Notes under the pieces: generated by a model
Told to the model about the DNA's origin: nothing
Databases searched by the model: none
Seen by the model: the letters and a program-made list of their open reading frames with translations, nothing else
Shown: positions 55,362-60,032 of the stretch, piece by piece
How positions within the stretch are numbered: the first letter of the stretch is position 1
Layout of the letters: the number at the start of each line of letters is the position of its first letter
IMG/VR virus record: IMGVR_UViG_3300048080_000210
Span: 1-60,032 of that record
Length of the DNA: 60,032 nucleotides
DNA from: a virus
Taxonomy: Duplodnaviria; Caudoviricetes
Strand: one strand, 5' to 3'
Position numbers and translations under genes: made by a program

Positions 55362-56809
55362 TCATGCGCGGCGGCCGGCGGAAAGCGTGGTCTCCGACGA
55401 TGGCACCAGTCTGTTCCCGAGGTCCGCGAGCCGCACCCCGAAGGCGTAACCGCAGCGGAGCCCGCAGAAGTGCCCGTCCCGGTAGTCCCCCGCAGGCTGG
55501 CCCGCGACCACGTACTCGAGGCAGCCTTCGGTGCTGCCCTTGGGCTCTCGGCGCTTCCGCACGCGCGCGCCCTCGGGAAGGGTCGGCTCGGGTTCGCTCA
55601 TGCTCCAGGCGGCGTAGTAGGAGCGGAGGCGCATCGTGCGCCCGCACCAGCGGCAGGTCCCCGGCGCTCCGCTCGCGCCGTAGCTGTAGGAGTAGGGGCG
55701 CAGGCGGCCGCTCATTCGTCGCGCTCCGCTCGCGCTTCCCGCTCGAGCGCCACGTCGAGCGCCTCGCGGCCCTCGGCCACGATCTGAGCCAGGCTCATGG
55801 TGCTGGGTGTCGGCGTCGGTTCGTTCGGCCCGCCTTGGGGCTCCTGGCCCGTCGCCAGCACGGCGCGCAGGAGCGCGGCCAGGTTGTCGAGCACCTGAAG
55901 CCGGAGCTGCTCCTCGGCCCGGTGATGCGCGAGAGGCTCGAGCGCCACGAGGAGCTCGGCGCCCACGGCGCAGATTGAGCCGGCCACCTCCATCAGGCCC
56001 GCCTCGAGCCCGGCCGTCACGTCTTGCCCGCTCGCGGTCCGGTCGAGGGCGTGCTGGAAGCGGATGTGCGCGAGCTCGCGCAGCATCTTGACGGCGGCGG
56101 CGCTCACCGGCGCCCTCCGTCCATGGCTCGCTGGGCCTCGAGCTCCCGCTCGAGGCTGGCGCCCTGGACCTCGAGCTCCTGGAGGATCGCGGCGCCCACC
56201 GTGTAGACCGCGGCGGTCAGGGCGTGGAGCCCGGCGGCCTCGTGGTGCCCGCTCGTCTTCTCGTGGAGGGCCTGGCCATCGTGAGTCTCCGCATTGAGGC
56301 GGAGGAGCTCAACCGTGGTGGGCATCGCCGTCCCCGGTGGGTTCCACGGGGAACCGCTTGCCCTCGGCCATGTCTGCCGCGTGGATGAGCTCCTGCGCCA
56401 GGCGCCGGAAGTCTTCCGGCTTGCCGGTCAGGTTGACCACCTGGCGAGACGTGAGGCGGATCTTCAGGAGCGGGAGCCCCTGATCGCCTTCGGCCTGAAA
56501 CTTGACGGGCGGCGTCGCGCCCGGCCGGCGGCCCCCGGCGAATTGGTACAACGTGGCCATGGTCGCGTTCCTCCGCGCGGACTAGCCGCGCTCCTCGAAA
56601 GCGTCGCCAAGCCCGGCCGGCCCAAGGCCCTCGGCGTCGAGGGCGTCGAGCTCGCGGGCGCGCTCGAGGCGTACCGCGCGCGCTCGGGGGTCGAGCACAT
56701 CGCGGAGGCCCTGGAGGGTTGCCTCCGTCTCGGTATCTTCGGCGCCGGCCGCGATCAGGCGCTCCAGGTAGACGGCGGCACGGGCCACGGCGTCGCGTTG
56801 CCAGCCCAT
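55362..56809 (-). other. Run of five small coupled hypothetical genes
   Basis: ORFs 55362-55715, 55712-56107, 56104-56325, 56309-56560 and 56582-56809. Confidence 0.6.
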
Positions 56810-56810
56810 G

Positions 56811-57230
56811 CTAGTGGTCCCCCGCCGGGCCGCGGCGGTAGCCGGCCGCTTCGACGCGGAGCTTGAGCCCGAGCCCGTCCGTCACGATCTCGACGAACGT
56901 GGGCGTGGTGGCAGTGAAATACTCCACCGCGCGCGCGAGCAGGGCGCGGAAGGCTGCGGGCGGCTCGTCTGCCGGCACGTTCACCACCGCGCAGATCGGC
57001 GCCTTCCAATCGGAGGCGTCGGCCACGAGGCGGAAGGCCGCGTGGAGCGCATCCACCTCGGCCTCGTGGGAGAGCTCGCGGTCGCTCACCTCGCGCCAGG
57101 CGTGATCCGCGCCCTGGGGCAGGTCGTCCGCGTCGCCGAAGGCGGCCCGGCGCGTGAGGGCGCAGTGCCAGGCGGCCTTGAAGTGGCGGTCGTGGCGCTG
57201 CGCTTCCGTCGCGTTCTCGAAGACTCGCAT
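56811..57230 (-). CDS. Phage hypothetical protein
   Basis: DWKAPI...AVEYFTAT...AAGYRRGPAGDH; SD and promoter upstream. Confidence 0.7.
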   Translation of the reverse strand: MRVFENATEAQRHDRHFKAAWHCALTRRAAFGDADDLPQGADHAWREVSDRELSHEAEVDALHAAFRLVADASDWKAPICAVVNVPADEPPAAFRALLARAVEYFTATTPTFVEIVTDGLGLKLRVEAAGYRRGPAGDH

Positions 57231-57256
57231 GTTTCCCCCTTTCCGTTCCCGTTGCT

Positions 57257-57283
57257 TCTCGGTCGGCGGCGCTCGGGACTTGA
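57257..57283 (-). promoter_or_regulatory. sigma28-type promoter (variant)
   Basis: TCAAG-N15-ACCGAGAA. Confidence 0.5.
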
Positions 57284-58176
57284 GCGGCCGTCCTACTCGA
57301 GGCGCCGGCGGCGGCGGCTGCGCTTCGTCTTCGCCTGGCTCCAGCCGCAGGCGGCGCACACTGCGTAGGTGACACCCGGGAGCCCGAAAGTGTCGGACCC
57401 CTCGCGCTCCTGGAGGTCCATGCCGCCGCACTGGTGGCAGCGGAGGTGGCGCGTCCGCGCCTCGAAGGCGCGCCGGTCGCGCTCCTCCTGCTCGTAGTCC
57501 CTCGGGCGCACTACGGGGCCACCGACGGGGGCAGCGGGGGGCCCGTGCACGTGTCGCAGGCTTCGTCCTGGCACGGCTCGAGCCCGTAGTCCATCCGCTC
57601 GAGGAGATCGCGCCAGGCGGACGGCTTCTCCCCCGGCTCCCATGCCGCCGCGAGCACGTGGCAACCGTTGGCTTCCCACAACTGGCGCGTGGGAGCGTCC
57701 ACGAAGACGATGCCTTCGCCCTCCTGGACCGTGGCGCCGTACCGCGCCGCACGCGCCACGACCTGCTTGCGGCCGCTCACAGCGCACGCTCGAGCTCGGC
57801 CAGGCAGCGCACCGCGTCGCGGAGTCCATCGGAGATCCGCCCGAGCTTCTCGTGCTCGTGGTCGTAGAGGTCGCCGAGCTCCACGATCTCACCGGGCCCA
57901 GCCCAGGCGGCCACCACGCCCGCCCGCAGGGCTTCGATCTTCTGGTGGGCGGCGCGGAGCTCGCGGCGAAACTCGGTCCGGCGATCCGCCCGGCTCATCG
58001 GCGTGCCTCCGTCGCCGCGTCATGATCGGCCAGGAGCTCGGCCCAGAGCGGATCGGCACCGGGCGCCGCCGCCTTCTCGGCGAGCCGCCGCCGGAGGTCG
58101 GCTCGGCGTGCCAGGGCTCGCTTGACGCGCTCGGCGCCGCGCCCGATCGGCGGGCCCGCGAGGCTTCGCGGGGCCC

Positions 58177-58497
58177 TCATCGCGCGCTCCTGCGGCCGAT
58201 GGCTGCGTCGAGCATCGCGTGCGCCTCGGTCGGCGCGTTCGGCAGGCGGTCGAGGCGCAGCTTGAGAGCTTCGGCGAGGCGCTCGGCCGAGGGCGGGCCC
58301 TCGGGCGCGCCGATCGACGTGCGGCCAAGCACCGCCACGTAGCCCATGCGCTCGAGCTCGGCCCGCTTCGCGCGGAGCTCCTCGAGCGTGGCGCACCCCT
58401 TGTGGCTCTCGACCACGTGCCAGGCGCCGCGCTTGGCGCCGCCGCGCCAGTAGTAGAGGGTGTCGCAGGTCATCGGTTGCCCCTTTCGTTCGCTCAT
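58177..58497 (-). CDS. Hypothetical protein
   Basis: ATG 8 nt after the promoter -10; second ATG at 58473 with SD. Confidence 0.65.
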   Translation of the reverse strand: MSERKGQPMTCDTLYYWRGGAKRGAWHVVESHKGCATLEELRAKRAELERMGYVAVLGRTSIGAPEGPPSAERLAEALKLRLDRLPNAPTEAHAMLDAAIGRRSAR

Positions 58498-58505
58498 GCT
58501 GGTCC

Positions 58506-58532
58506 TATCGGCAGGGCCGCGGGGAAACTTGA
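58506..58532 (-). promoter_or_regulatory. sigma28-type promoter
   Basis: TCAAG-N15-GCCGATAG; same GGACCAGCATGAGC leader as the site at 234. Confidence 0.75.
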
Positions 58533-58539
58533 GGGCCCC

Positions 58540-58752
58540 CTAGCGGAGCAGGCCCGTCCGGTGCCAGCGGGCATAGAGCGTGGGCGGCACATCCTCGCTC
58601 ACCAGGCGGGCCGGCTCGCCGTAGCAGAGCCGCCCGGCCGCGAAAGCCGAGGCGTGGGCGTGGCGCTTGAAGTGCCGCGTCTCCGTTCCCGAGGGGTGCG
58701 CGGCGCAGTTGTAGGTCACGGTCCAGATCCGCTTGCTTCGGTTCGTGCTCAT
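58540..58752 (-). CDS. Small hypothetical protein
   Basis: ATG 58752, 8 nt after the -10. Confidence 0.6.
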   Translation of the reverse strand: MSTNRSKRIWTVTYNCAAHPSGTETRHFKRHAHASAFAAGRLCYGEPARLVSEDVPPTLYARWHRTGLLR

Positions 58753-58760
58753 GCTTCCCC

Positions 58761-58787
58761 TATCGGCACGGCCGGCCGGAAACTTTA
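58761..58787 (-). promoter_or_regulatory. sigma28-type promoter (near-canonical)
   Basis: TAAAGTTT-N12-GCCGATAG. Confidence 0.8.
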
Positions 58788-59063
58788 GGCCCGGCCCGTG
58801 CTGCGGATGTAGAACGCGACCTGCTTCTTCGAGATTTGCATGAAGCGGATCGTCTCGGGGGTGAAGCCGTGCGCCTCGAGCGCCTCGAGCGCAGAGGCGC
58901 ACTCCCGGCCCACGCGCGCGCCCGTGTTGAGCTCGTGGATCTTGCCGCAGAGCTTGGCGCAGCAGGCGCAGGCGACGAGCTCGGAGGGGCTCAGGGCCTT
59001 GCGGGGCGCGCCGGGCTCAACGGCGAGGTCGATCACCCGCACGGTGTAGAGCTTGGTGGTCAT
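58785..59063 (-). CDS. Small Cys-rich protein
   Basis: CACC...VGRECA; ATG 8 nt after the -10. Confidence 0.65.
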   Translation of the reverse strand: MTTKLYTVRVIDLAVEPGAPRKALSPSELVACACCAKLCGKIHELNTGARVGRECASALEALEAHGFTPETIRFMQISKKQVAFYIRSTGRA

Positions 59064-59066
59064 GCT

Positions 59067-59303
59067 CTACCTATCGGCAGCTCGGCGTCGGACTTGAGCC
59101 CCTCGCACCCAGGCCGCAATTCCGTGCGGCCCGGCCGCGCCGGCGCAGGCGACGTGGGGGCCCGGGTGGCCGAGCGGCCGGGTGCAGTGGAGCCCCTCCC
59201 AGGTATCCGGGCAGAGGTGCCCAGGGCGCCCCCGGCAGAGGCAATCGCGCACCGCCTCTACCTCCTGGCGGGTGATCGGCGCGTCGCCGCGCCTCACCGT
59301 CAT
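59067..59303 (-). CDS. Small protein with CxxxxGHxGxH motif
   Basis: LHCTRPLGHPGPHVAC; ATGA overlap. Confidence 0.55.
   Translation of the reverse strand: MTVRRGDAPITRQEVEAVRDCLCRGRPGHLCPDTWEGLHCTRPLGHPGPHVACAGAAGPHGIAAWVRGAQVRRRAADR
59072..59097 (-). promoter_or_regulatory. sigma28-type promoter
   Basis: TCAAG-N14-GCCGATAG. Confidence 0.75.
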
Positions 59304-59500
59304 GCGAGGCGCCCGAGCGCCGCCCGGAGGCGGCGCGCGACGCGCTGGGCCTGGCCCAGCGGCACGCCGAAGTGGCGCGCGAGGTGGCGCGGCTGCGGGA
59401 AGGCGCAGCCCGCGAAGTGTGTGGCGCGCAGGAACGCGCACGTGATGCCGAAGAGGTGGGAATCGGTCATGGTCGGGAGCTCCTGGCGGTTGGCGGTCAT
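59300..59500 (-). CDS. Small HTH-like protein
   Basis: PRHLARHFGVPLGQAQRVAR; ATG 8 nt after the -10. Confidence 0.5.
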   Translation of the reverse strand: MTANRQELPTMTDSHLFGITCAFLRATHFAGCAFPQPRHLARHFGVPLGQAQRVARRLRAALGRLA

Positions 59501-59508
59501 GCTCTACC

Positions 59509-59534
59509 TATCGGCAGTGCCGCCAGGATCTTGA
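59509..59534 (-). promoter_or_regulatory. sigma28-type promoter
   Basis: TCAAG-N14-GCCGATAG; same GTAGAGCATGACC leader as the site at 59072. Confidence 0.75.
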
Positions 59535-59691
59535 GCCCCCTCCGGCCCGGGCACAGGTCGCCCCACGTCGGCACCTTCCCACGTGTGGCCCGTGGGGCAC
59601 CCGGGCGCCGAGGCGTCGAAGCGCCAGCCGCAGCCCGCGCAGTGCCCGGGGCAGTGCGGCGAGGCGCACGCCCGGCACCAGGCGCGGCGGC

Positions 59692-60032
59692 CTACGCGAT
59701 GGCGAGGAGCGGGGCGGGCGCCCACGTGCTCACCCTTTCCGCGAGCCAGGTCGCGTACTGCGCGTGCTCCGCCGCGTCTTTCCGCAGAGTCTTCGCGCGC
59801 CGCTCGTTACAGACCCGCACCCACGGCGCCCCGTAGACACCGTGCTGCATTTCGTGGCGCTTGCCCTGGGCGTCAAGCCAAGAGACCGAGATGCCGTTCA
59901 CCGTCGCGGCGGCCACCTCGATTCGGTGCCAGAGGTAGACGCTGCCGCCGCGCCGGTTCGCGCTGCCCTTGACATACTCGTGGAGCCACACGTGGGTGGC
60001 GCTCTCGAGCACCTCCCGCGCCGCGAGCTCGA
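59692..60032 (-). CDS. C-terminal part of the gene beginning at 225
   Basis: Frame is open to the window end. Confidence 0.55.
   Translation of the reverse strand, partial: ELAAREVLESATHVWLHEYVKGSANRRGGSVYLWHRIEVAAATVNGISVSWLDAQGKRHEMQHGVYGAPWVRVCNERRAKTLRKDAAEHAQYATWLAERVSTWAPAPLLAIA

Noticed and set aside
1-60032. tRNA/rRNA genes
   Set aside because: No cloverleaf or rRNA-like sequence recognised in the few intergenic gaps; a tRNAscan/Infernal run would be needed to exclude them formally

Overview
The window looks like an essentially complete, very GC-rich tailed dsDNA phage genome. A tape measure, a tail tube and no sheath gene suggest a siphovirus. It is probably circularly permuted, because one gene appears to run across the two window ends. 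Almost everything is on the minus strand. The virion and lysis module (about 50.6 to 21.6 kb) runs terS, four inserted virion-like genes, terL, portal, Mu-F-like head protein, ChaB/XkdF protease, scaffold, capsid, neck, tail tube, frameshifting chaperone, tape measure, tail tip and fibre, M15 endolysin and holin. The replication and DNA-metabolism block (19 to 5 kb) holds an initiator with 11-bp iterons, a loader, ASCH, RHH, DUF1064, ParB-MTase, MmcB-like, HNH, SLOG, an MTase, DUF1508 and DUF1643. There is a short plus-strand recombination operon (19.2-21.6 kb) and many small early genes (51-60 kb and 0-5 kb). I saw no integrase, polymerase, sigma factor, tRNA or CRISPR. The main signals not explained by genes are: (1) about ten sigma28/FliA-type promoters (TCAAG/TAAAG-N14-15-GCCGATA) in front of small early genes, six apparently leaderless; (2) a 298-bp hairpin-rich non-coding element present twice in inverted orientation (2363-2660 and 54996-55293); (3) a 75-bp double-hairpin repeat with compensatory changes at two loci; (4) a dispersed 19-bp palindrome, TCGCGCTCCNGGAGCGCGA. 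Product calls come from motif recognition by eye, not from database searches.
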